A DNA stretch of 63,872 bases, filler included, from Ministeria vibrans ATCC 50519 (GCA_943704425.1; 6 parts of 6 records of this genome joined end to end with filler, not necessarily neighbours in it), one strand, 5' to 3'; counted from the first letter of the whole stretch, positions 46,300 through 59,903 are shown. Made by a program: numbers and translations. Notes: generated from the letters alone by a model not told the origin.

Positions 46300-47871
46300 A
46301 TGATGGAATACGATTTAACCACGGCCTTGGTCGCTTTGGTCGCACTGGCCGTCGTTGTCTTGATACTGGTGCGTGAGAGAAAGGCGTTTTTTTTTTTTTT
46401 TTTTTTTTTTTTATCTGGTTGCGTTGGGTTGACTCTTTCTTTCCTTCAGGCGACCATTGCAGTGCTGTTGTCGTCGCCCAAGCCTCGTCCACGGGCCGAA
46501 GACGAAAAGTACTTTCCTGATCCTGTGGCTCGCGGCGGAAAAGGGGGCCGGTACAAGGCGAAATGGGCTCATGAGTTGGGCGCATCGACATAACCCCCAC
46601 ACTTGATTCCACCTCCACGTAGCTGTCCCTTTCCCAGCCTGCACGCGCCGGCCACGCTCGATCTTTCGGTCATAGTGCCGGCGTACAACGAAGAAGAGCG
46701 TCTTCCCATCATGGTTGACGAGTGTATGGCCTATCTGCAAGCGGAGAAGGTTCCACAGGAGTGTCGACGCATTGGCATACTAATATCATTGTTAATCATC
46801 CCAACACACTTTCTTTGTCTGTGTTAGAAAAAGAATCACAAGTTCACTTACGAAGTGATTCTTGTCGACGATGGAAGCCGCGACACGACAACAGCACTAG
46901 GTAGGATGGTCTTGGTCACACACACACACACAGAAAAAAAAATACTCACACATACACACACACTTAAAACTTAGGCATTGGGTACACTGAAAAGTACGGG
47001 AGCGACACGTTCCGCGTGTTGACTCTGACACAAAATCGGGGCAAGGGTGGAGCAGTGCGCATGGGAATGTTGAGTGGGCGTGGACGCCATTTGCTCATGT
47101 GTGACGCAGACGGCGCCACCCGCTTCAGCGACGTTGCGCGTCTCTACGCCAAATCCACCACCGCCACCGCTAATAGTACGAACAACAGTGCGTCGCTGGC
47201 AGAGTTAGTAAAGGCGAACAACAGCAACAACAACAGCAGCAGCAGCAGTAGTAGTAATGGCAGTAGTGATGTGGTGGTGGTGGGCTCACGTGCGCACCTG
47301 CAGGACGAGGCGGTGGCGCAGCGCGCACTCCACCGCAATCTCCTCATGTTTGCTTTCCATCTCTTGGTCTGGTTCGTGGGTATCCGTGGAATCCGGGACA
47401 CTCAGGTTCATAGAATCCTTATTTCACCCCCCCCCCCCCACCCCCCTTTGCTAATTCTTCTTCTTCTTCTTCTCTCTCTATCACTTTGTTTTTTTTTCTT
47501 CCTCTCTATCACTTTGTTTCTTTCTCCCTCCCTCCTTTCTCTCTCTCTTACTCGTAGTGCGGGTTTAAGCTTTTTTCGCGCTCTGCCGCACAACAGCTCT
47601 TCCCTGCACAACATGTGGAACGCTGGTGCTTTGATATTGAACTCCTCTACGTTGCTCAGCAATTAGGAATGTCTGTTTTTGAGGTGCGGAAACATGCACA
47701 CACATACAAATTTGACTCCTATTGAAATGTTTTCTTTAGTGCTCTGTGAATTGGACTGAAATTCCCGGTTCGAAACTTCAACCATTTTGGGCCAGCATTC
47801 AAATGTTCAAAGATCTTTTTCTCATTCGTATGCACTTCATTTCTGGTGTCTGGAAACTGCCTGTAAAATAA
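46300..47871 (+). CDS. ALG5: Dolichyl-phosphate beta-glucosyltransferase, multi-exon
   Basis: N-terminal [50 protein letters not shown]|[17 protein letters not shown]. Confidence 0.95.
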
Positions 47872-48368
47872 ACAACACAACAAATGAATGAGAAAGAGCG
47901 TAATTTTAATAATAATAATAATAAGAAAATACAATAATTATTATTATAATAACAACGGGTGTATTCTTCTTGTTCTTCTTATTGTTATTAGTTATTATGT
48001 CTTTATTACTTTAAATTGGAAATGTCTTCTACTTCTACTTAATAAATAGGTTGTATTCTTCTTCTTCTACGTAAGTCGTGGTGACTGTATCATTAATAAA
48101 TGGGTTGTATTATCTTTCTTAATTATTATCATGTTGAGCGCTTGCATATGCTTGTTGACTCTTTCAGTGTTGTATGAAATCTGTCTTCTCTCTGTCTATT
48201 GTCTCTATCGCTCAAATGAATTTGTCAAAGACAGTATGTACGACACACGAGGGAGCAGAGCCAATCACCTTTGGCAATAATGGCAGACACCATATAGCAA
48301 GTGAGATAGTCACGAAATAGTCACTCGATAATTACCACAATCATTGTTAATTGTATATTAGGAAGTGT

Positions 48369-48990
48369 TCAATTCACAATATCAAAAGTGGAGAGAGACA
48401 ACAAAGTGCACTGGACGGAGCCATCCGTCTTGGTGTCACCGACGGCCACAGGCACAGACGCCTGCTGCACAGCGGCCACACCCGCACTAATGGAAATGGT
48501 TGCGATTGTGCCTCCGCCGTCGACATTCTGCAGCGCACACGAGGCGCTTCCCGACGAAGACAGCCAAAACATGCCCACCCTGACATGGTGGAATCCAGTT
48601 TCTAGCTATATTCCGCGGAGGGCGATAAACATAAATTAATAAACAAAGAAGAAGAAGAATACAACCCATTTAATAAACAAAGAAAAAAACTTCCTTTAGA
48701 ATTGTTTTTGAGGTAAAAAAAAGGGCGAATGAGCGGCCTATCAAGCGCATTGACGGCCTCAAATAAGCACTGGTTGAAGGGGTCAGGGCACTGCTGACGG
48801 CAACGTCGCCTCCGGAGCAGAACCACTCAGTGATCAGCCGATTCATACTTCATAATTATTTCCTTCGTATGCAATCCCGCCGTCTTCCTCCGCTCCCTGC
48901 GCCTCCGTCATCCGACCCTTCAACACCGGGCGGACCGGGAATAGCCCTGCTGCACCCCATGGTGCACAGAAGAACGGCAAGAATCGTAAT
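48369..48990 (-). pseudogene. Possible degraded coding fragments
   Basis: Two GC-rich blocks in AT-rich DNA; protein-like minus-strand frames interrupted by stops (e.g. MFIALRGI*LETGFHHVRVGMFWLSS..., ITILAVLLCTMGCSRAIPGPPG). Confidence 0.3.
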
Positions 48991-49320
48991 CACATATATT
49001 TTTGTTTCTACTAAAATGTGTGAAAATTAGAAAAAATATAAAGATTACTAAAGCTTCATTGTCACGTCATAAATAAAAGATCACATATGGAGCACATTGC
49101 TGTACATATAAGAACCACAGGGCAGTGAGGGGCTGAGGGCACAGAGTACAGACTCATCACTCAGTTCCATTGTGATTTTATTGAGCGTTGAATGCGTCTG
49201 GTGTGCGTCTGATATCTGATATTATTTGAAGAAGGAGACTGATAATATTTTTGATACAGATTTATTTGAATTTGAAATTTTCTCCAAGAGAGAGAAAAAA
49301 AAAAAAAAAAGAAAAAAAAA

Positions 49321-49420
49321 NNNNNNNNNNNNNNNNNNNNNNNNNNNNNNNNNNNNNNNNNNNNTTAATTAATTAANNNNNNNNNNNNNNNNNNNNNNNN
49401 NNNNNNNNNNNNNNNNNNNN
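49321..49420. other. Artificial contig spacer
   Basis: 44N-TTAATTAATTAA-44N. Confidence 0.98.
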
Positions 49421-49502
<82 letters not shown>

Positions 49503-49690
49503 ACGATCCTGTAGCGGTCCTGACGTCTGAGGACTGGGTGAGTTGTATTGTCTCTTTTGTATAAAACAAACAGTCATCGTTGTGATAAAGAGAAAAATTC
49601 AGTCGGTTGTCAGTTCTCACGCTGAAGATCAAAGACTCACATTCACACACCGTCACATCTATAATATTTTTATTGATCTTCGTGTGCAGT

Positions 49691-50376
49691 ATGCTCCTGC
49701 AAGGTGCCGTATCCTTTCGATGCGCACTTCTGCGCAGTGCGGCAACGATCAAAAGGGGGCTGGCGTCAAGAGCAGCGCGTCTCGCGTGGGACCACCCGCA
49801 CCCCCTTCATTTCGAGTGCGAGGACGACACCACGTCGCCTCCAGCCCGTCGAATCACCCCATCTAAACCCAATTACCAGTACTGGGCTGTTGCATACGGC
49901 TGTGAGACGGGACTCTTCACAGAGTACGTTTTTCAATTTGAATTCATTTGGTTTGTTTTCCGCTTTCTTATGTCTCCACTCGCCCTGATTCCCACAGCCC
50001 CTGGATAGTGGTAGCGAACAACCGTGGCTTCATTGAGCCTCGAATCACTGCGGTAGAAACGCGCGCGGAAGGCGAATCGTTTATTCGATGTGCTCCTCCG
50101 CCCATTCTGACAGTGCGCGAGTCGGCCGCCAACGACAGCCAGACAGGGCGGGTCTTTCTGGAGACCGACTTGGCTCGGCAGTCACGTCACATGTCTTCTG
50201 ACTCGTCCACGACATTCGACCTGAGTGAGCTGCGGAAGCACGACGATCGCTTTCCATTGATCTACTATAAGGTGCCGGACGAGACGCCCAACGACAGCGC
50301 GATCAGGTCAAGCAGTAATGAACGTGAAGTGCTACGGGCACTGCAAGACAACGCAATTGCATCGACAGAACCGCGC

Positions 50377-50411
<35 letters not shown>

Positions 50412-51001
50412 GCAGCAGCAAGAAGAAGAAGAGAGACCTATACAAGAGGAGAAGCCAAAGCGACACCTCGAGCTGTCGGCGACGGCGACAGTGGTGTACA
50501 TTGATGGTAGCTGCATAGGCACAGACGGCAGCCAGGCTGGCTGCGGATTGTACTTTGGGGATGACGACGCACGCAACCGAGCGGTGACCCTCGACAAAAG
50601 TTGGTCCGACGTCAAGGTGACAAGCCAGCGAGCGGAGCTGAGCGCGTTGATTATCTTGCTGGAAATGAAGCCGACCGAACCGCACCTGATTGTGCGCTCC
50701 GACTCGGAATACGTTGTTCGTGGTGTACGGCGACATACGACTCCATGCATACTATCATTATTAACTCGCGTGTTGTTGTTCAATGGGGGCGTAGGTGAAC
50801 GAGTGGATGGCCAAATGGAAATTGAATGGGCTACAAAAACGGCCTAACGCAGATCTGTGGATGCGGATTGACGATGGTCTAGAGCGACGCAAAGCCGCCG
50901 GTTGCACCACCGAGCTGGTGAAGGTGAAAGGGCACGCAAAGATCCACGGAAACGTCATCGCCGACCGCCTGGCCAACGCGGCCGCACGCAACATGGTGTA
51001 A
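49691..51001 (+). CDS. RNASEH1: Ribonuclease H1 with presequence-like N-terminus and hybrid-binding domain, 3 exons
   Basis: YWAVAYGCETGLFT (HBD-like), VVYIDGSC, SQRAEL, RSDSEY, NADLW, VKGHA, GNVIADRLA (DEDD intact). Confidence 0.9.
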
Positions 51002-51449
51002 GTAGCGTTAGGTGGAGTGCTCATGTGTATGTCATTATATTATTGTACTATGCAACAGTGAATCGTGTTCTTTATGTAAACAAGCACCCAATGAAGCCGT
51101 CGACAGGGAGATCACAATAGCGTGTAGAAGTTTGATCCGATTATTCGGTGCCTCTGTGGCGCGAAAAGGCCTGCCCTGCCTTGGCTATAGCAATAATATT
51201 GAATAAAACTAATCTCGTCAAACCAGAAAGAAAATCCGAGCAATGCAAAATTGGGACATAATACGTCATAATACATAATAATAATAATAATCATAGTAAT
51301 AATAATAAAAGAAGTCGCCATTGTTTATTATTATTATTCTTTTGTAAACTTTTCACAGTTTAATCTCTGAGTTCTCTCACTTCATTTAACGTTATTAAAA
51401 AAAGAATGCCGTGCTTGAGGTGGACGTACGTCTTGATCTTGATCGGTAC

Positions 51450-51549
51450 NNNNNNNNNNNNNNNNNNNNNNNNNNNNNNNNNNNNNNNNNNNNTTAATTA
51501 ATTAANNNNNNNNNNNNNNNNNNNNNNNNNNNNNNNNNNNNNNNNNNNN
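51450..51549. other. Artificial contig spacer
   Basis: 44N-TTAATTAATTAA-44N. Confidence 0.98.
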
Positions 51550-51584
<35 letters not shown>

Positions 51585-51684
51585 ATCGTGTCGTTGCGTA
51601 TCTTCTTGTGGCTCGTGGGCATATTTGAATGTGTTTGTCAACAAACAAAAAAGAGTGTCACTTAGTTATTCATTATTCATTGTA

Positions 51685-53986
51685 TCACATTTCCTCGCAG
51701 TAATTTCCTGGATAGAGACCAACGGCACCGTCGACCCAGCCCTCCCACCAGCCATCCTACAGGAAAGTAAAGTGATAGAGAGAGAGGAGAAGAAAAATGA
51801 GAAAAAAAATTGAGAGAGAGAGAAAAGAATGCGTGAGAAAAAACAGACGCAATGGAACACGCGACGCGTACCTCGTTCTTGTGAATGACCAGAATCACTT
51901 GGTCTTCGCTGAAGCTCAACTCGTCGGGTTTGGTCGCCTCATAGTCGTACAAAGCGCGCGCTACAATCAATGACAATACATAGCGATCAATCAACCAGTT
52001 AATCAATCAGAGAGGGTGTTGAAAAAAAGAAGAAAAAAAACGATACCTTTGCTCAGGTAAGAGACTGGCTGAGGGACGAGACTCATGCGGACACCGGCAC
52101 CAGTCGCACTAGAGGCAGGTGGGGTATTGGTCACACTCGAGAGCATGGTATCGACGTCGGACCAGGTGTCGCGAGGGCCCGGCGCACTGGTGCTGGCGGT
52201 GGAGCGACGGAAGAGCCCACCGGGCTGGTCCATGACGACGACATCATCTTCCTCGTCCTCACCATCATCCTCACCGTCTTCCTCGTCGTGCAACGTGCCC
52301 ACCACGGTGATACCGCTAGAACCCTCCTCGCCCAGCATGTTGTGGCGGTCCTCGTTGTCACCGTAGTCTTCTTCGCGCTCCTCGATCTCCAGATCATCGG
52401 CGTGCGAGGCGGGCGCAGCATCCTTGATGAAACCGATGGGCTCAGAAGCCGGCGGCTCGGCAGCGGGTACAGGCTGAAATTTGAAAACAGGCGCGGGAGG
52501 TGGTGCCATGGTGGGTGGCTTAGGCTTGGCGGCGGCCGCAGGTGCCTTTTTGGTGGCGGCAAACGAGTCAAATTGTTCCATTGCTTCCTGCGCCTTTCGT
52601 CGCACTTCGGCAAGTTCGGCGGCACTCGGACCTTCCGTCTCTTCGACGTCACCGGGGGTCGCCGCAACGGCGGCTGCAGTGGGAGGAGGGGGCGGCGCAA
52701 ACACAGGAGCAGCCTTGGGCGCCTTGGCCTTGGGAGGTGGAGGAGCGGCGTGACGGGGCTTTGCGAGAGCGGGTGGTGGAGGAGCAGCGGCAGCCGGCGG
52801 TGCATGCTCGGGAGCGGCAGCAGGAGAAGGCGTCGACGCGCTCTCTTCGTCTGCCTCTTGCGTGGCTGCGAGCGCAATCGAGGCATTTTCTTCTTGCTGC
52901 GCCTGACGCTTGACACGCTGCGACAATTGTTCCTGGAATGACAGTGTCTTCTTAGGGGCGACGCGGATTCCGCCGTGTTTTGCGGCCACAATAGAGACGG
53001 CACGTTCGGGCGTTTGTTCGCTCATGGTGGGCGGCGGAGGCGGTGGCGGAGGTTGATCACCAGAAGGTGCAGGAGGAGGAGGGGGGGCAGCGGCAGGGGT
53101 AGGAGCAGATGGGGGTTTGTGATGCGGCTGAGGCGGAGGTGCAGTGGGTTGCTGCATTCGTGGTGGAGGAGGAGCGGTGAAGGAGGGAGGAGCGGCGGGG
53201 GTGGGGGCGACGACGACTGCGGGTGGGGCAACTTGTGGAGGTGGACGGGGCGAGACAACGGCAACGGGAGCGGCGGGCGGGGCAAAGCCAGCGGGAGCTG
53301 CGGGCGCGGGAGGGCCAGGTGCTGCGATGGTGCGCATGGGTGCGACAGGAGCGACGGGGGCAGACGGTGCCACGGGCATAGTAGGAACGTGACCCGAGAG
53401 TGGACGACGCTGGAATGCAGCGACACGCGTTGTGGGGCGACCTGCGTGCGCCTGTGGAGCAAGGCTTGCCGGTCCGCCCGCATGTGAAGGAGCCCCCGGA
53501 TGACCCGGTGGGTACTGTCCCGGCATGGAAGCTGCCGCTGTGGAACGGAAGCGGCCACCCACACCAATGTTGTCGAGGACGTCGTAGTTGAGCGGCTGGC
53601 GACGGTACTTTGCGCCAACACGCGCGCGCACAGGTAACTCGTCGCCCGACAGCTCTTTGGCTTTGAGTCGACGAGAAATGGGTGGCTTGAAGGCCAGGAG
53701 AGAGGCGTAATTTTGACGTCCCACCTCGTCATGGGTCATTTGGAGACGCTGCGAGTGAAAAAAATAATAATAGAAAAGTGTTAAACAACGAGTGCTACAA
53801 TGATGCCTGCCGTACTTCGTCAATGGACGTGGCACGCAACGAGAGCTCCTCCAACTCGAGGCTCATCAAATGCATGTAGTCGCTGACACAGTTGCTCACA
53901 GCATTCACCTGGTACGCTACGCTACTGAGTGCATCGATGGCAAAGGAGGTTGTCTCCTGGAATGCCTCTTGCTTGTTCGCCTTGGT
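51685..53986 (-). CDS. ABI: Abelson interactor (WAVE complex) with C-terminal SH3, 5'-truncated
   Basis: ETTSFAIDALSSVAYQVN, KYRRQPLNYDVLDNIGVG, polyproline, SH3 ARALYDYEATKPDELSF...DGWWEG...GLYPGNY. Confidence 0.9.
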
Positions 53987-54341
53987 CTGTACGAGAGAGA
54001 GAGAGACAGAGAGAAAGGAGGGAGAAAGAAACAAAGTGATAGAGAGAGAGTGAGAGAGAGAAAGGAGGGAGAAAGAAACAAAGTGTGTGTGTGTGTGTGA
54101 GAGAGAGAGAGTGTGTGAAGAGCGATGTAAGCGAAAGCAAAGTACAAAAGATGTTGCAAATGTAAAAAACAAGAAAATGAGAGAAAGCCGCTGCCGTTGA
54201 AGGCAAACCAACTCAACAAAAATAAAGTTGATACATAAGAAGAGGTGGTTGAGGGACGGCTAAGTGAATCTGCACGGCAAGGACGAAAAGAGCAAGGTCG
54301 TCGTCGCTGCCCGCGTCACTCGACGCCGACGACTGGTGGTG

Positions 54342-54441
54342 NNNNNNNNNNNNNNNNNNNNNNNNNNNNNNNNNNNNNNNNNNNNTTAATTAATTAANNN
54401 NNNNNNNNNNNNNNNNNNNNNNNNNNNNNNNNNNNNNNNNN
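54342..54441. other. Artificial contig spacer
   Basis: 44N-TTAATTAATTAA-44N. Confidence 0.98.
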
Positions 54442-54451
54442 AAAAAAAGAA

Positions 54452-54533
54452 TGGAGTCAGCAGGAATCGAACCCGCGACCTCGTCGATGCTAACGACGCG
54501 CTCTACCAAAGAAGCGTACTGAGCTATAACCCC
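54452..54533 (-). tRNA. tRNA-Ala(AGC) with expanded 17-nt D-loop (copy A)
   Basis: Exact reverse complement of 62546-62627; G3:U70, anticodon arm CGTCG-TTAGCAT-CGACG, GGTTCGATTCC B-box, oligo-T terminator. Confidence 0.92.
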
Positions 54534-54907
54534 AATTCAGACCGAAATGACTTCGGCTTGAAGGATATTTTCCAAAAAGTGCTACATATTTCTATTTTGA
54601 TTTTGACAGCATACTTTTAACTCAGATTATGCGCAATCAAAAGTATCTTTATGAAACACGTTGACGCAGCTGTAGTTCCTGTTATTATTCGCCGTTCTCG
54701 AAAAAAACGAAATGGATGCTCGTTTCCCCTGTCTCAAACTTACATCATTCATGAGGTCGAATCACTCTATAGAGTAAAGTCTTAACTCTCTTAAGTCTAA
54801 ACTCTAAACTCTTGCCTTAACCTCTTCTCCCTCCCCTCCTCACTTCCCGTGATCGTGCTATTAATTATTATTATTAATCTACTTCTCACAACTTTCACAC
54901 TTTTTGA

Positions 54908-57900
54908 ATGATCTCAAAAGTCGGTCGCCGTAGCCACGTTGGGTTCCTAGACAAAGACCACGTTGCGTCGCTTGTCTCTGGCTCCGTGTGCATCGTAAGG
55001 AGAAGCAACAACAAAAAGTCACCGTGGTAACGGTTGCTATGTTTTTTGTTGTCTTTTTCCCAGACCCACCTGAACGCCGACGAGGCAACATGCGATCGAT
55101 TTGTGCCTCCCCTTGATCCATACATTGGCCCTTTGGCTGCCAGTCCAATTGCCGGCGTGTTTTCGGTCGCCTCGGGCGTCGAGAGACCAAGTGTTCGCAT
55201 TTTCAAGGCCGATGCGCGCGCCCCCTGCGTTCCCCCTCTGCGCGACGCTGCCACCGTGTCCATTGCCAGCATGCAATTTTCACAGGATGGAAATCAACTT
55301 GTGGTACTTGCGGGGGCACCCGAGCAGCACTCCTTCACCGTGTGGGAATGGAAGCGCAATCGTACGAGTCGTGTTGTTGCATCTCGTGCGCCTCTGTCAC
55401 CATTGCACTCTGTTCAATTTTATCCAAATTTGAACAGCGCCAGCGCCGATGCATCTGTCATCACCACTACCACCGACGCTGGCTTCTTTCCTCCGCTTTG
55501 CTTGTGGTATGAAGACGGCACGGTTTCTCGATGGTTGCGCGGCAACATAAACGACCTTAGCGACACCGACGACGACCCTGAGCAAGTGTTGTCTCAACGC
55601 GCCCTAACCGACACCACACGCCACCTCACGGCCGTGTGTCCAGCCACACACGGCACACTCTTTCTTGGCTTTAACGATGGCACTATCGTGTCGGTACCAC
55701 ATCATCAACAACAACGACAAGTGTTTACGCAAAAGTCAATCGCCGTCACACAACTCGTGTGGTGTGGTACACAGCTGGTGGTCGCTTCATCGCACGCTTC
55801 TACAATCCACTGGTATAACGACCGTCTGGAAGAGAGCCGTCGACTTGACCTGGGCCTAGTGCAAGGCGGTGGCATTGGCAGTCTGAGCGTGCTTAATGCA
55901 CGCATGGTCGCATGCAGTTGTGACGGTACTCAGCTTCACATCGTCGAGCAGAAACAGCTGCACCACCGTTGCCTTTCCAGTGGCTTGCCTCCAGCTGCAC
56001 GCGGTCTCTCGCCACGGCTCACTTGGTCCAAGGCACTCAATGCTTTCCTTAGCTGCGACACACATAACCTGCTGTACTGGTCTCAGTCGTGTCGTTTCGC
56101 TCGTTGCTCGTCGCTCGCCCTTCTGCCAGTGAGCGAGAGCCATGAGTCCCTCTGTGACGTGGCAGCCACCGCACACTGGTCACTGCCCATGGTGGCGGTC
56201 ACAACTTCTACTGGACGTCTTCTCATTGTCGACTTGCACACGATGCCCTCGACAAGTCCGCGTGTCCTCTACAACTACTCGACTGTTGCCACGTCTAGTG
56301 GCGATTCTGGTCGTGTCGCATTCGCCCCAACTTCCGACCTGCTTGCCCTTGGTTACGCTGCTGTGAGTCACGATGCCAAATCGCGTTCGACTTCGCTTCA
56401 ACTGGCCACATTGGACTTTACTGATGTACGTCGACCCATTGTCAAAACGGCAGAGGTCGAGCGCATTGGCAATTCCCATGTGAAAGTGCTCTCATTCGAA
56501 GTTGTCGTGTCGACCGCCAACTCCTCCTCACCACCCACCGTGCGTACTCTTGTGCTCTGTTCTAATCACCATGTCTACCTCTGGCGTAATTCCATAGCCA
56601 TGGACGTTGTTGCCGTCGCTCTGGCCGTCGCCCCAACATATGATGCGGTCCCGAGCATTTTTGTGCTAGACCAAGACAAACGCCTATGCCGTGTGCACTC
56701 TCCTCCTCCTCCTCCTCAGCAGCAGCAGTCAGTACGTGAGACGATTATCAAAGTGGCTGGGGACAATGTGGTGCGCAAGGCATCGCTAAGCGTGCTTGCC
56801 GTGAACGGCGAACGCCTGGCATTGCTCTCCTCGGATGGCTCTCTGTCAGTGAGGAGCATCTTTGGCGGTGACAGCGACCTTGACGACGAGGACGTCGACG
56901 CTGACGATGACGACGCCGAAAACACCAAAGGGGGCACTCTCTCTGTGACCGTGGCACACTCCCCTTTGCCGCACATGTTGGCACATGAGCGTCCTCAGCT
57001 GGCCGTGGCACTCTCGTTGGACTGCAGTGTCGTTGCAACACTCAATGCCTTTGATAGTTCAATTGCCTTCTGGAGTACCAGCACCGAGACCACTCACGAT
57101 GCATTTCGCCGCTTTACCCTCGCAGCGGCGTCCGCAGGCGCACCAGCTGCAGCAATGACAAAGTCGCCTGCGTCTCCTTCTGTCTCTGTCATGGCTAGCT
57201 TGCCCGCTGCGTCTCGGGTCCCGGTGCGTCTTGTGGACACCGAGTCATGTGTGCCGTCAACGCCTTTGTCGAGTGGTAAGGTTACCCCGGCGCTGCTCGA
57301 GGACGCCTTAGCGGCCGTGCCGGAACGAGAGCAGTTGCTACGCGCTGTAGAGACCATTCGCACCAAAGTCGACTCAATGGTCGAACGCAATGGACTGTTG
57401 TCTGAGGGGGAGCAGCTGGCACGAGACGATTTCACAGTAGACACGGCGGCTCGCGAGCGACGCCAAGCCGCTGTGGATGAGCAGGTGCGTGAGCGGCGTC
57501 GTCAGCTCGAGTACGACGTGACAGCGCAGGCAATGCGTCGTGCACAGATTCGCGATGCTTATTGGGACCAGATGCGAGTGCGCAGTGTGCGTCTACATGG
57601 CCTCCTGAACACGCAGATGTGCGTGGAGAATTTTGCCTTGCCACATGAGAGTGAGGCAGAACGCGACACATTGCTTCAGGTGAAAACGCAGCGACGCGTT
57701 GAGCGTGACTTGAACAAACCCGACGACAGCGACGACGCAGAGTACGACGCGCCAGGCCGCGACGGCGGAGACCCGCTTTTGCTGTACAGCAGTCGCGAGC
57801 TCATGGTGTCGGCTGAACGCAAGCGATCTCAGGTGGTGTTGCTAGGCGACGCGTGCACTGTCGTGAAGGAGCAATTTAACAATCGCTTTGAGGCGGTGGT

Positions 57901-59903
57901 GGCACAGAAGCGCACGCAGATGGCGCGCATCAAAGAGAAATGCAAGCGCATTCACGAAATTCAGTGCGAGCTAAGAGCACTGGTGCGCGAGCAGGAGGGG
58001 GAGAAGGAGGACCGGAAGCAGTTGCAAATAACATCAACAGTGTCATTGGAGCTCCTTGATGATGAGGTGCCCGAGAGACTGTTTGTTGTGTACGATGAGG
58101 AAGAAGAGAGAGAGGAGGAGGAGGAGGAGGTCGAGGAGCTAGGGGAGGTGGATGTTCACGAGAAAGGTGACAAGAACAAGAAAATGAAGAGGGCGACGAC
58201 GACAAAGACGAAGGTGAGCGAGCGGGCACTGCACGAAATGATGGGGGGCAAGCTTGAGGGAGCGGAAGAGGACGCGTTATTGAGCATGCCTGAGCGTCCT
58301 GGGTGGATGGACATAAAGGCACGCGACGAAATGGACCGGGGAGAGCTGCAGGCTTTGAAGGCGTGGGATCTGCAGGCTGCAGCGGTGAAGGAGGAGCATG
58401 AGAAGCGACGACGCGCACGCGAGACGGAGCTGCGCAAGTTGCAGACGGGAGTGCGCGAGGCTGCCACACAGTTTGACGCGGCACTGGCGCAGCTGAGGGT
58501 GGAACGTGTGCGCGCGGAGAAAGCAGTGTTGCGACAGGAGTGGCGTCAGTTGACATTGCAAGAGTCGGTGATGCGCGAGGAGGCACTGCGACACGACTTG
58601 TCGCAGGTGGCGGCGGAGCGTGATATTCTTGTGCGACGAAAGGCGATCGCGGCCAAAGCGGTGATGGGTGCGCGGGGAGCACTTGAGACACACCAGCGTG
58701 ACGAGTTGGAGGTGGCACAGGCGCACAATAAGGAGCTGGAGCGTGCGTTCAAGCGAGAGCTGCGTGCTTTGCAGACACGCGACACCCTGACGAACGACCA
58801 GGCGGACGCGCTGTACCGCGTCTATCGAGCAACGCGACGGTCTGGCGCCCAAGCGACAGTACTCGGTGTACCGACGGGCACGACCGTGAGGGATGAGCGG
58901 GCTGTGAGTAAGTGGTTACGCGAAGCGTGTGTGCAGCGTGTGGAGAGTGAACGACACGTGAAGAGTCGTCAGGAGCACGCGGCAGAGCTACAGCGGGTGT
59001 TGGATCAGCGGCTGGGCGAGGAGCTTGCGCTGGGCGAGCAACTCGACGTTGTGCTCGAGCGCCACCAGCACATGGAAGAGGTGGAGTTGCGCGCGGTGTG
59101 CGAGGACATGAGTCTGATGCTTGAGCTGCGCCAAGGACAGGTTGAGGTGGTGGATGGGACGACAGATGATGTGGTAGTGGTGGAGCGACAGGTAGTGGAA
59201 CGACTGAACGAGGAGATTCTGCGATGGGGCGCGAAGAAGGTGGAGATTATGCGTGAGATGAAGGACTTTCGTAAGGGCATTGTGCAGCTCGAATGGGACA
59301 ATCGGCGCGTGGAAATGCTCACCGAGGATATCAAGCGCGGCATGCGCAACATGCAGCTAACACGCGTGACCAAGCAGATGCAAGAGTCAGCGCAGAAGAT
59401 TGCACGCGAAGAGGAGCTGAGTGGTGGTCAGGGAGGCTCGAGCGAGGTGGACGCACTACGACAGCTGTCGGTGCGCACCGAGGAGCAGCATCGCAAGGTG
59501 GTCGACGAGAAGACGCGACAGATTCGCAAGTTAAAAAAGGTGAGAAATCGAGTACGGAGTACTGAACACAAGCTTAAGGAGAACAAGCCTATTAATGGGG
59601 GGAAAAACTTTGTTTGTGAACTATTTTCTTTCTGGCACTGCACAGAGGACACAAAAGAAGGTGGGTGAAAATTCCACGCTGTCAGAGCAAGTACAACTGT
59701 TGCAGTCGCAAGTGATGGCGAGAACGACCCTAAACGATCTGCACACGTCGGCGGGACGCGATGGTGGAGCACGGGAGCGGATGCGGGCGGTGGTGACTCG
59801 ACGGGGACTGGTGGAGACGGTGAAGGAGCAGCAACAAGAGATTGAGGTGCTGCGAAAGGAGCTGGAGCGCCTGCAAATGAGGACATTTCCAATGTTTGAT
59901 TAA
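54908..59903 (+). CDS. CFAP43: Cilia- and flagella-associated protein 43 (WD40 + coiled coil), 3 exons
   Basis: WD-like N-terminus (FSQDGNQLVVL..TVWEWK), ERALHEMMGGKLE, LRQGQVEV, FRKGIVQLEWD, C-terminal ELERLQMRTFPMF. Confidence 0.9.

Noticed and set aside
48722-49030. Plus-strand ...NER...ILHNYF frame resembling a Harbinger transposase C-terminus
   Set aside because: Only a short ILHN match; no upstream DDE motifs visible
49709-49717. GTATCCTTT, a perfect U12 donor, in the RNase H1 5' region
   Set aside because: It reads through in frame as part of the presequence, and no U12 branch motif (TCCTTAAC) is seen downstream
49691-51001. RNase H as a retroelement remnant
   Set aside because: It has introns, an HBD and a presequence, with no RT, integrase or LTR; cellular RNase H1
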